Assembly: GCA_001687465.1 (NCBI GenBank)
Contig: LVLI01000070.1
Span: forward strand, 1 to 44,872
Reading direction: 5' to 3'
DNA length: 44,872 nucleotides
Origin: Halocafeteria seosinensis
Lineage: Eukaryota
Numbering within the stretch: the stretch's first letter is position 1; each line of letters begins with the position of its first letter. Below are positions 24,838-36,664 of the stretch, piece after piece. The notes beneath the pieces were generated by a model. That model was not told the DNA's origin. It saw only the letters and a program-made list of their open reading frames with translations, and did no database searches. A program made the translations under genes and the position numbers.

Positions 24838-26446
24838 ATGGAGGAAATTCCTCGCGTCTATTCCCTGGAAAAAAAATTAGGTTCCGGGACGTTCGGTACC
24901 GTATACGGCGTCAGAAAGAACAGAAAAAGGCTATTTGATGATGAAAACGATATCTCCTCTGCGTATGGCTGTGTAAGTGCTGTTTTTGTGTCCGATGGAA
25001 GAAAGGAATTGAGCAGGGCATTTTGGAATCCTAATACAGGCTTCCACTGCTACTGGAAATACAATTTCAACAGCCCACAGTGATTTATTTGCTATGAAAC
25101 GTCTCCGTGTAGCCCCGTGTCGAAATCCAGGACCGGTAGTTGTCAGGAAAGGGTCTACTTCTGCTGTGGAGACAGACGATTCTTCTATAGGTTCCCCCAA
25201 GCCGGATTTGGTTCAGTATCCTTCGCGGGAAGTGAAATCTTTGAGATGGTTGAATAAACGTAAGAGCTACAAGTTGGTGTCACTCTAGAAGGATTTATAA
25301 GATCCAAACAGCTCTCGAATAACGTTTCAGGGACGTGGAGGGTGACTTATTTGCACGAATCTTTTGTCACTAGCCACTTGGACCTTTCTACAAGCTACAG
25401 TTTTCCAACATCCCACTTGAACCTTGTACGCTTTTTACGCCGTTAGTACATGATACTATGACTCAAGATAACGTACTGTGCCACAGGTTTTAGAAGTGTT
25501 CGGAGAGCCCTTGACGCAATTACTGTACCTTTCAGGCAAAGAGTATGTTTCGACCAGAGAAAAAGTCTCGATTTCACGTCAGTTGCTGGAGGCAGTAGAC
25601 GCTATGCATCAGGTCAAACTGGTAGGTTAAAAGGTATCAGTACATTTGCTACATTACGCCGCGTTATAAACTACTGGAATGATATTGACGCTCAGGCCCA
25701 CCGAGACATAAAGCCTGACAATATCTTGATAGCCAAGTCCGATGACAGCCTATTGCTCAAACTTTGTGATTTGGTAAGCGTACATGACTTGTTTTTGGGT
25801 ATACGGCATAACTCCATGTCAACTTTCTTCCAGGGGTCTGCAAAATTCTTGCCAAACAACAGAACAATATCGACATGCTTCATCTGCACGCGATGGTATA
25901 GAGCACCAGAGCTGCTTATGGGGTGCACGTCCTATGACGTATCACTAGATCTGTGGTCGGTTGGAGTCTTGATAGCAGAAATTTGGCTGGGACATCCTCT
26001 ATTTTCAGGAAAGAGTGATGGTGATCAACTGGCACTAGTAGGTTCACCATCCGGAATCAAGAAGCCCCATTTCAGCCGAAACGAGAAATCCACAACCGCT
26101 GCAGATCTACAGTCTTCTAGGAGTTCCGACGGAATCAGAACTGGAGGATATGCAAGTCTCAAAAAATTCATTCAAAGGTAAGACCGAGCGAAAATTTCGG
26201 GATTTTTTGAAGAATGCATCCACTGCGTAGCCCGCAGAGTTCAATCTGCTGCACAAGAGACGATGGAGAGGAAAAGCCGAACTCGGTGACGAAGGACAGA
26301 ATCTCCTATACCCGTTTTTGATTCGATCTCATGTTCCTAAAGGGATAGCATCTAGTATTTGCTCTCTGCTGCGATACTCGCCCAACAAGCGAGCTTCGGT
26401 AGCTAGTGTCCTCAATAGTTGTACCGAGTTATATGACTTCATCTAG
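24838..26446 (+). CDS. Ser/Thr protein kinase, CMGC group (divergent GSK3/shaggy-like), multi-exon
   Basis: LGSGTFGTVY, AMKRL, HRDIKPDNILI, LKLCDL|GSAK, ICTRWYRAPELLMG, DLWSVG, PLFSGKSDGDQL and RYSPNKR. Introns are short GT-AG; exact exon limits were not all resolved. Confidence 0.85.
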
Positions 26447-26753
26447 ACCGAAACACCCGTTCTACGGCAACAGATGACTCCGTCAATACGTATATAGTGC
26501 TGTGCATCACTTATTTTCAAGCCGATTGGACTACTAGTTGGCAATGCAAGTAGCATGAAGGTGAATGCCTCGAATTTCACATACGGGGAGCTTCACAGCG
26601 AAGTTCACACCCCAAGCTTACTGACTCCCAGGGGAGTATATTTAGTGTATATAGTATTGTCCATGAATGAAATTCCCCTGAAGAGGTAAAGATACGAGGG
26701 AATTAATTCGTGGAAGGTGTGAATTAGGTGTCGGCTCATCCTGCTGATAAAAA

Positions 26754-29700
26754 ATGATGGCTCATGATGCGATTTCCCAAATCGTAACCCTTGTTAACTT
26801 ACAGCCACTGAAGTCCGATAGTCCTTCAGTACGGGAAGCGAAGGTCGCGGAACAAACAAGTGATGAGGCGAATGTAAGCTCATGGCGTCCTGGCGCTCCT
26901 CAGAAACAGTGCCACGTCATGAGTGTGGAGGCGCTAGAGCCATCTATCCGGGCGGTTGTAGGACGATTACAGTGTACGAAGAAGTTATGTTTCATACCAT
27001 GAGACGCGAGAATTATGGGGCATTTTGTGTTAGTGCAGGTGGCTATGATGATTTCGTAGAACAATGCTTCGACTTCATGCACATCGAAGAACTTGACTTA
27101 GAGGCTGTAATGTACATGGCCGTTGCAGTTGTACTGCACGAGGAAATGAAAATGCAGGAACAAGAGCAGAATTTTGCCAGCTATAACAAGATTCTCAGTG
27201 TGCTCAACAAGCGGCTTGAAACGGCTATAAACCAAAGCAGCCAAGGGAAAAATGTGGCTTCTCCGCACTTCCGAACCCCGTTCCTCCGGTTCTGCTATGA
27301 AGTATGCCTGTTTTACTGCAGTCCAATGTTTGGCGGTTTTGGAGACTCCTCAGTGATTCGCACACTTTGGAATTGGTCTTTGCGTAATATTGAGGCCGAC
27401 GTTTGCGGCGCGTTAGATCAAGGCGTTAATCAAGTGTCCGAAAATCCTAAGAAGAGAGCGAAGAAAGAAGCGACTGATCAGAGTGACAAGAGAGCTATAT
27501 CCACCGAATGCAGCATTACTTCAGCAGCCGTGCTTGATTTGATATTTCGATTATTCGCAGAGTCAAAACAAGATGGTACTGCTTTGTATAGCGACAAAGA
27601 ACTCGTTCAACTTGGAGAGGATGTTCTGAAAGTATTCCCGGCTCTCATGTATCATCCCTTGGAACATTTCCGAGCGGAATGCTCAGCCAAGGTTCTGGCC
27701 TCGACTTTGGAGACACTAAGTGTGGCAAAGGTGGCCAGTGGGGAGGTTTCTGCACAATATAATTCTGCTTGTCGAGAAATATGCAAATTTTCCTTGAACG
27801 TGATGCAAGGATCCTTTCCTACAACGTATCATGGCAAGTTCCACGACACCAGAATTCCGCAAGAAGCTCGCCACTGGTTAGGTGAAGAGGGGTACTCAGT
27901 TGTCGTAGAGCTTCGCCACCATCTTTTACCTTTCTTTGAGGGGAAAGAACTCCTCGAGAAACTGCACGATGGCCTTATGTCTCAAGACGATCTCACCGTC
28001 AAGCGATCGTTATATCTGTTGCAGGAATCCGTTGTGGCACAAAGTAACGAAAAGGTTAAGGAGTTATGGGAGCTTTATTTTACTCTATTTGGAAGCTGTG
28101 ACGAAAACGCTCTACATCTAGTAAAAGACATATGGGATAGGTCGCCGAGGCTGTTGGAGGATAAGCGGTTACTTGCCCCGGAAGACCCTTTACTGAAGCA
28201 TTACCGGGATACGATTTTTGGAAGTACGCCGGCTGAGAACGAGGAGTGCACTCACCCAGTTGACGGTGAACCAGAGGCTCCCGTATCTTGGAGATGGATA
28301 TCACTGCTACTTCAGCGGGTTATTGCACGGAGTATGCCCTCTGTTAGACGTAATCTGCTGCTGACTATGATTGACGTCAGTGTGGAATGTAGGAGGAAAT
28401 TAATTGCCCAAGTCTTGCATTCACAGCATGCCTCTGTTGTGATGAATGATCTACCCATGGGTTTTCACTTGCCTACTGATTTTATATGTGGAAGGTTCCT
28501 GGGCTACATTGGAGACAAGGCATACTATAAGGGTGCATCCGGTGGACTGGCCGCCAATGTTCGGACATTCCTGGCCCTGTATTACGCTGTTCTAAGCAAC
28601 GCCGCCAGGCGAAGTTTTTTGTTGGAGTTTGTAAGCGCGTTCCCTGGTAAAACGAAGAACGCCAAGGTACCGTTCAGAATGTGTGCGGAAGTGATTTCTG
28701 ATTTCCACGCAATTGATGTAGGTTCTACACCTGGTTTTCTGGAGGAGGGCTACGGTACGACGCCACTCTCTCTGTCGCCTACAGAAAAAATGAAGTGCTT
28801 GGCAGCCAAAGAAGACGACAGTGAAGAAAGGATGTTTAAATCTTCATGTTTTCTCTGCAAAGATATTTCCAGTATCTCATCCGTGTTTGACTCAAACCTT
28901 CAGGAGCTGTACGTCTTTTCGGAAGCAAGTTCAGATTCTCAGACAAGGTTAATGTTTTCCAGGTGTTTAATCACTTATATGCTCCTGGTGACTCGCTATG
29001 TCAATCCAAATAATGTTTCAGTGCGTGATATTTGTCACCTCCTATCGCGATTTCCACGGTCTTTCGCAGATTGGACTGAAAGTGAGGAAACTTCACCGCT
29101 ATCCCTAGCCCGCGATGCGGTTCTCGGGACATATGATCGACGGATGAACTTCCTTTGCCTGGTTGACTGGTTGCGAAACAAGGCTAAGCTAGAGTTAAAG
29201 GACGATGACTTTAAGTCTTTGATAACTAAGTTCCTCGACGGGCAATGCGATACACCGGTGGATGGCATTGTTTTGCTTTTGAACATTTACCATGATCGGC
29301 TCAACCGTGCTGAGATCATGGAACCACTGTACCGTAGCATGGAAGACAGCTCTTCTCGGCTATACAAAGATGCATCGTCTCAACGCCAGTGTTTATTATT
29401 TCTACACTCTCTCCTGGGACTAGCTAAGGCATCCCCGTTCGCAATGTACTGGCTTACTGAGAAGCAGCCAAACGAAAGTGCTGTACAATTCACCAAGAGA
29501 CTCATATCCAAAAGCATAGATACTGGATCACTGGAGGAAGATGGACGCTTGGCCGTAGATGTAACTCGGCGTATGGTGTTGTTGGGCGGAGCAACGTTGG
29601 AGGATTTGGGAGAAAGGTTACCGGTTGCCGTGTCCACAGTATTGGCCAGAGCGTTTGCTGCACTAGATACGGAAGCAAGCAACGGCAGTGATAGTCTCAA

Positions 29701-32659
29701 TGAATCTGCAGTATACGTCATCTCTAGATTACTCTTTCTGACTGTTATTGAAGAAAACCGACAGAGAGTTGTGCGTGATATCGAAGGGACTCAAAACGAT
29801 TTTGTGTCACTACTTGAGAGATGTCACGAGCACCTGCTTTCGAGAAACTCAAGGTTTGACACCATGTTTTCTTATGAAGAAAAGAACGGGTTTTCAATGT
29901 CGTTCCCAGTAGGCTGGTACGCTTTGGGTGCCGTTCATCGAGTCTTCCATCACATCTATGGAGAGGAAGCCGACGCAATTCGACGGTTTGAAAATTGTGC
30001 AACTAAATGTCTGCAAGTGGCTTCCAATGGCCTCGAGACCCTCTCAGCTTACCTTAACTCCAGCAGGGAGCGTAAACACGAGGTCCTCAATTACGCTACT
30101 AGCCACGTCATCCCACTGGTACGTTGCTGTGCCGTAGCTGCACTAAACTCGTCGGCTGAGAAGCTATCGGAAAATGCTCAGAATGCATCCAACAGCATCT
30201 TGGTTGGAATGCGAACCCGCTCAACTTGGAATGAAAGGTGCTGGTATGATTTCGTGTCTTGCATACTCTCTCAATCTCTTGTGACTTCAGCGGTTCGGAA
30301 TTCGAACGGCAATACTGATGCTGTATCCCGTGTGTCTGCCTGTGTCTCAGCCATGAACGCTGCTCTTGAGTCTCTTCTGACGAGAGCAATGAAGGGTGGT
30401 GTTAGTGCTGCAGTGCAGGCCGTGGCACACTGCTTAGGCACATTTTTGCGACAATGTCTACGTTCGAGGATGTTAACGCAAAGTGCGAAAAAATCCATAC
30501 TACTACAATGGAAACCAATTTTGCTAAATTTGTTGCTCTTTAGGGAACCCTTAAGTCAAGGAGAACTTGCCACATTGGTTGACAAGAATGCACGGCTGGA
30601 ACTTTTGCAACGGTTATATTGGCGGATGAGGCGTCATGGAGCGGATACGGTGCTCTCCCGAAGGTGGGTATTTTTGTTACAGTCCTACTTGCAGAAGTGC
30701 TATAGTCGCCCAGCTGCTTGCAACCATAACGGTCAAGACTTCGGGTTGGTAGGTGAATCCAGTGGTACTACACCGGAGGACGTGTGCCTTCCCTGGAATG
30801 TTGACGCAGGTCTACCTGATGTTTCTGCTGAGGAATATGATGACATTCAAGGCAGTTTCAATATTTCGCAGCAGGTTTCAATATCTCGGGTTGCGCGCAT
30901 TCAGTCATTATTCTTCTTAGATGACTTGATCTCAGAATTCCCTTCAGAGTCCGATGAGCTCTTGAATAGTTTATTCGTAGATCTTATTCGCTATGCGAAC
31001 GACACCGCCGACCAAAAAAATAGCTACTTGCCTGGGTCAGAGCAACACGGAAAGCGTTTGCGTGCACTACAGGCTGGTCTTCTTCTAAGCAAAGTAGTCT
31101 CCGGAGAAACTGCACTGACCATGTTCCCTGTCGTGGTTAAGATTCTTTTGGGAGTAGAGCTAGCCAGCACCAGGTATTGCCTGGAGGTCATCGGGGCAAA
31201 TATGTGCACCAGATTCCCAAGTGTTGTTACTGCTTCTGCTGGCGAATGCCAAAGCTTGGTGGAAGTTTTGAAAGATATCAACCTTAAGCAGATGCCGTCA
31301 TTCAGCTTAGTTCTCGTCGCTTCTAGGGCTTTGATTGATCTTAACGGTAAGTGTGGAAAAGACCGTCACGATGAGAACCAGGAAGATTCGTCAACCAAAC
31401 GTATCGCTCTAGAAAACATTAGAGAGATCTTGTTTAGGACACTATTTCCCTGGATTTGCGGGAACACCGCAACCGTAAGATGTTTAGCTCAGCTTGCAGT
31501 ACTCCACGCCGAAGATACATTAGAGCAGCTAAAATCTAAGCACCCTCTTTTGGACCAGTTGGTGTCTGTGATTAAGGGCTCATCAATGGTGAAGACTATG
31601 GTCGAGAAATTTGAAAGCATTGTCCTCCGATTTAGTCCCGTGGAAGAATCCTCACTTGAGTCGATCCTGACTAACTCTGTGACGGAACACGGAGAACTGG
31701 TGCCCCCGGATACGTTCTCGAAGCTAAAAGCGATACATCATACTCTGCTGCGAATGGAACCCGTGTCCGATCAGTGCCTAGCTGTTGGGACAAACAGAGC
31801 ACGCGCCGATCCGAAACTTGAAAAAGTGATGGACATGACTTGGCTTGTTCACGCTGGGGTGGATTTGGGTCTTCATCGCTCTTCGGAGCTATCGGCGCTG
31901 TTTAGTGAGCTTACCGGCAGTACTCGGGAGGCTAGCAATCTTCACGAGGATAGTCGCTCTAATGCGGCGGGAGAGGAAAATTATCAACGGAAAATTCAGC
32001 CTTGGGAGTGGACACGNTTAGGACTTGGTGCGCGTGACACAACAAATCACACCCTCTTTAGGGAAGCCAACTCAACGGAAGATACAAGTTCCTCTCAATG
32101 GAATTCCGTTTCCCTGCCAACTGCTTCGGACACGTCCAAAGCTGAAGTGTGTTCCATGATGAACCCCATATCTGGAAGAAAACACCAGCCGGTCATTATG
32201 TGTGCAGCTTTGGTCGATAAGACTCCAAATCTTGGGGGTTTAGCTCGAACTTGCGAGGTCTTTAGTGCAGAAAGTCTAGTGGTACCGAATAAATCGGTGA
32301 TTGGAGAAAGAGGGTTCCAAGACGTCAGTGTGTCTGCCGCGCAATGGTTACCCATCCATGAGGTGGCACCTAGTCATTTGCGTGAATACCTAACATTGAA
32401 GAAGAAAGAAGGGTACACAATCGTTGGGCTCGAACAGACTGCTAAGAGCCAACCGATGGATGTGTACTCCTTTCCGGAGAACGTCGTACTCGTTATGGGA
32501 AAAGAGAAGGAAGGACTGCCTGCGAATATTTTAACAGAAGTGGATGTCTGCGTTGAGATTCCACAGCTTGGTATAATTCGGTCCCTGAATGTGCACGTTT
32601 CAGGCGCAATGTTGCTGTGGGAATACACCCGGCAGCGCCTGTTGAGATACCAAGCCTAG
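26754..32659 (+). CDS. TARBP1: tRNA (guanosine(18)-2'-O)-methyltransferase, TARBP1/Trm3-like: long helical N-terminus and C-terminal SpoU domain
   Basis: C-terminal NYQRKIQPW, ALVDKTPNLGGLARTCEVF, GYTIVGLEQT, VLVMGKEKEGLP and CVEIPQLGIIRSLNVHVSGA within a 1925-codon ORF. The 5' exon(s) from ATG 26754 are inferred. Confidence 0.9.
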
Positions 32660-32796
32660 TAAAGGGGACCTATCCTTGTTATATTCATTGACTATTTGTT
32701 GAGATCGCTCTTCCAAACATGAGTTGAGCAGACAAAGTAACCATCGCATCGAGTAACGAGGTGACTCAATACTAGCGGTACTCCGCGAATACATGT

Positions 32797-34620
32797 TTAA
32801 GCCGACCAGTCATTCTTAAGATACCGTTGGAACATTTCATACCCACTAAGCGGAGTAAATTGAGGAACCCTGCACAAGCAAATACACATCATGAATCGTT
32901 AGCAAGCAACAATATACCATTGTTCATACGTACATATGCCCAGCACCTTTGACGATAACGAAATTGAAATCATTTTCGTATTCAGTTACATATCCTGCGA
33001 CCTGTTCATCATTTCCAGATCCGCTGGTATACCAGGCATGCCAATCCTTGTTCACCTGGTAGTTCATTCCAGATGTCCATGCTTCGTTGTCATTGAATGG
33101 TACACAGGCATCAGCATCACCGTTGTAAATGGTTACACGGTAGTTGGAAATCAACGTAGGATATATATCCCTCGGCTCATTCGGCTCAGTTGGAGTGTAC
33201 GTAATCTTGTTGGTGCAGATGGTCCAGTTTCCAATTTCTGAAACAGGCTTGGCGTGAATTGCTTGACGAACGTCCGACTGGTCTAGGTAGTTCTGAAGCA
33301 AACCGGTGTTGAAGCACTCTACAGGACCCGAAGGAGGCAATCCCCGTTCGGAAGCCTTAGCTTCAGCACGGCTCAGAATTTCTCTTTCGTACGACGTCGC
33401 GGGTCTTCTACCATACGGTGAGAACTTGTTGACTCCACTAGTGTCATCATCATAGTTGTCGTCATCTGTACTCGCATCCCCGCTGTTAATGCATTTTCCG
33501 AGGACGTCATATACGTTCACAGGTCCGACTTCCAAATGCATCTCCGCCAATGCATCCTTGCAGGCCTCGCTGTTGCGCTTATTGGGACCAAAGTCACCAC
33601 AAGCATTTTGAATCTTTTGGTAGTGAAGATTGCTGTATAATCCCATCCTGTAAAGGTAGTTGGAGTGGATTTGGGCAGAATGGCTCTCGGAACAAGAGCC
33701 GACTTCGGTACCAATACACCCATTGCCAACCATGATGCCCTTCAAGTTCAAAGGAACTTCGGAGTTAGACTTGTGGATTTGGTACGCAAGGGTCGGGACA
33801 TAAATACCAGCATAGCTCTCACCAGTAATATAGAAATCGTTGCTGCTGAACTCGCTAAATCCCTTGAAGAACTGCATCAACGCTTTGTGGTTATCAATAG
33901 CTGTAGACGTGTCATTGTGTACAAGTCCTTGTTTGTTCGTGGCATAGCTGAGGCCCACTCCTGCTGGAGAGTCAAGCCATAACATGTTTGCCAACTTGTT
34001 CCAACGAGTGGATCTTTGGGAGAGTGTCAAGTCGCTGTTGACTTCGAATGGTCCCTGTTCATGGAAGAAACCGTCCATTGAAGAGCACCCTGGCCCACCA
34101 TTCAACCATAGTACGACAGGATCCTGACTGGGATTTCCTTCGCTTTCCACAAACCAGTAGTCTGAACCAGAAAATGAGCTAATCCACCAGAAAGGCCAAG
34201 TCTCTTCCATATCGACTTACGGAGATATTTTCCATTCCCAACGTCCAAATAGCCGGCATACTGTTTGCTAGGAAGAGCCTGATCCCAACCTGCATTCACA
34301 GAAATCAGCGAAATGAAATAGATCCGTTGAGATTCCAGTTCTTTCACTCAAGATTCGCGGCCCGGAGACCCTGGGATCCGGGACCCTTTTTGTAATTTTT
34401 CTCCCCCTACAATCCCCTACACGGAAAATACACACTTCCGGCACCTGTTCAAAGATGATTCCCCAGTTCTCTGGTACCATAGCTGGGACATATGTGAACG
34501 CAATTACTATATCACAGTATACTCACCTGGCAGGTCAGTGATCTCATCGCTATCGATGGCTCCATGGACGCCACAAGCGGCCAAGGAAGCCACCAAGAAC
34601 AAGCTGGTTATAAGCCTCAT
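32797..34620 (-). CDS. Secreted serine carboxypeptidase (peptidase S10), 4 exons
   Basis: Signal peptide MRLITSLFLVASLAACGVHG, QYAGYL, YWFVES, LWLNGGPGCSS, catalytic GESYAG, YNGDADACVP and KGAGHM|VPQ. The last exon ends ...KNDWSA* at 32797. Confidence 0.93.
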
Positions 34621-34752
34621 TTGTTTACCCTGTTCGTCTTACAGAGCACAACAAGGTTAACAAGATACGGTGAATTCGCCGGGGGGGAAGAATAAGCAGG
34701 TGATTTAATCCACTCAAAACTCAGTGAATCAGTGGTTATCTACATCAAGTTG

Positions 34753-34835
34753 GCGGCCCGGGCCGCTACCGCCGGCCTACCGCGACCGCCGCGGTCCGAC
34801 CGCGGCTCACCGTGGTCCACGCGGGACCGGTAGTA
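34753..34835. other. GC-rich cluster of palindromes at the left edge of the accessory island
   Basis: Perfect palindrome gcggcccgggccgc (34753-34766) and gccgcggtc-c-gaccgcggc (34788-34806). Confidence 0.6.
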
Positions 34836-35013
34836 CTGTTTGTAGGTTGTTCAGGAGGATGGGTGCACTGATTTGATCTCTGTTGCGACAGCTGACGGGA
34901 CATTCAGGACGCCGTAATGGAGGCGAACACAACTCGAAAGGGCAATCGCGAGTCTCTGTTTTCGTCTCTTTCGAACTCCAACCAACGACACACACACATA
35001 CCGGTACTGTATG

Positions 35014-35101
35014 ATACAACGCTTACCGCTCCTCGTTAAGAGGATGTGGTCAACTTCCCGGCCGGTGGGCTATCTGTCACATTTGTGTGTGTGTATACAA
35101 C
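35014..35101 (+). mobile_element. 5'-truncated (74 nt) copy of the (TG)n-tailed retroelement
   Basis: 35021-35094 is nearly identical to the reverse complement of 40264-40337 and 12664-12735, and ends gtcacatttgtgtgtgtgt. Flanked by the 7-bp direct repeat atacaac (35014-35020, 35095-35101). Confidence 0.8.
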
Positions 35102-36055
35102 AATCTGAACAACAAAGAGAAGGTGCGCTCTCGATGGCTATCGTTACTCTAACGAATTATCCGTCGTATCTGCTTCATGGAAGTTGCAACGCATTTCACA
35201 CGTGATGTACACAGAAGGAACGATTGTAAACTTTGTAGGCTTCCAGTTGCAACGGCTGACAGACTTTGCAATATACTATGTAACTCATTCATACTGCCCC
35301 TTCTATTCACACAATCATTCACGGGCGTACTAGCCGATTATTGCTGAGTTTGAATCAAAAAATGAAATAGACCGGAGGACTGGTGCTGGAATACCATGTG
35401 CTGACTCCCAACTTCCACTTCGGTGTGTGTGACTCAGGAAGAAAATCCTCAACTACAAGTTGGTTCATCAGCACGACAAAAGACATGCAAACAGCTCTCT
35501 GGTGGTCCCACTATGGTTTATTGCCAATTGTTCAAATCGACTTAGATAAGGTGGGAAACTCCCCTTGGTATGACATTTCCAGCGACGACAGTACTGTGCG
35601 ATCAATCCTCCATCAAGAAACAACAACGCTTTGCTGATGCCTCAAGCGAGCTGCTAATTGATCGATACGTTCCTGCAGAAGCCTTGAGTCGGGTAGACAA
35701 CAGAAACGTCCGCAGTGATACCTCCCGTACAAGCGATGATGTCACCGCGGGGTGGAAACTCCAAAAAGGCGCAGTTGGTAGATGGTAGAAAACAGACTTA
35801 TTTCCCGAAGTCCTTGACGTCGAAAGACAAAGGCTGGCGATTGAACACTCTCGCTCAGTTCATCGACAGCACGACCAAACCGCTACTAATTGAGGACCAG
35901 TCGACGGGGAAGAAGTTCATTTGTAAAAGAGGCGGCCACCAGAAGGGAGGGGATAGCACAATACATAGCCATGCGAAAGACGAGGTTTGGCGTCGGCTGT
36001 GTACAGTCCCTTGGCCTGCGTGTACTGTACCGGTATGTGCTACAAGGCTGTGTAC
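35097..36055 (+). repeat. Left direct-repeat copy: ~335 nt non-coding segment plus a broken ART/kinase gene fragment
   Basis: 35097-~35747 aligns with 40129-40905. 35432-~36055 aligns with 37956-~38597 inside the intact ORF. Confidence 0.9.
35432..36055 (+). pseudogene. Frameshifted fragment of the 36665-39994 gene (ART C-terminal half and kinase N-lobe)
   Basis: SSTTSWFISTTKDMQTALWWSHYG...KKFICKRGGHQKGG is near-identical to the gene. It has a +1 insertion (catcaagaaac vs aatcagaaac) and a 17-nt deletion after gtcgggtaga. Confidence 0.88.
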
Positions 36056-36664
36056 ACAGTATTAGGTCAAGACTTCCGGAGAGTACATTTCCGATGTATT
36101 TTTTAATCGGTAAAGGTTCTACACTGTGCCTGGGTCTGTAAGCAGTGGTTGAGGCAACAAAGTAAGGACGGTGGTCGATACCGCTATCGCCTAATGAAGT
36201 CCGGCCATGAAGACAGCATACCCAGTCTGGAGAATTTTCTCCACGAACTTCACATAATACCTCACACAGAAGTTCACATATATGTACACGTTCTGAATCC
36301 ACTAAATGAATGACTAAATTCGGATTGTTACTACGTTGAAACATAATCGTTGAAAAGCAACAAAGCGACTTAGGTGATCAATCTGCTCCTTTTAGTCTGT
36401 TGCGTGTACAGTAGTATTGCTCCCACCTGGTCTGTTGTTCAACAAGTCCTTCGGGTCGTTCACTGCGTAGTGCCTCACACAAGAAGGATAAAACTCTTTC
36501 CCTTAAAGTATCCACGCACTGCCATATATCAAACACGCGTTCAATTACGGGAGCCTAAAGAAGATATTATCGATTTTTAGTCCATTTACTAGGCTCATCA
36601 CCCACGGATACACAGACAACTCAGGTCTCGAGATTTTTCATTGCAACCTTCAACTTTACGCATC

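Noticed and set aside
34291..34526. Insertion in the unusually long first intron of the carboxypeptidase gene
   Set aside because: The intron is longer than its neighbours, but no terminal repeats or TSD could be identified.
35021..35094. HDV-like or hammerhead ribozyme (TCCTCG motif)
   Set aside because: TCCTC pairs locally with GAGGA in a simple hairpin. I could not build the nested double pseudoknot or find CTGAnGA/GAAA cores, and the sequence lies at the element's 3' end.
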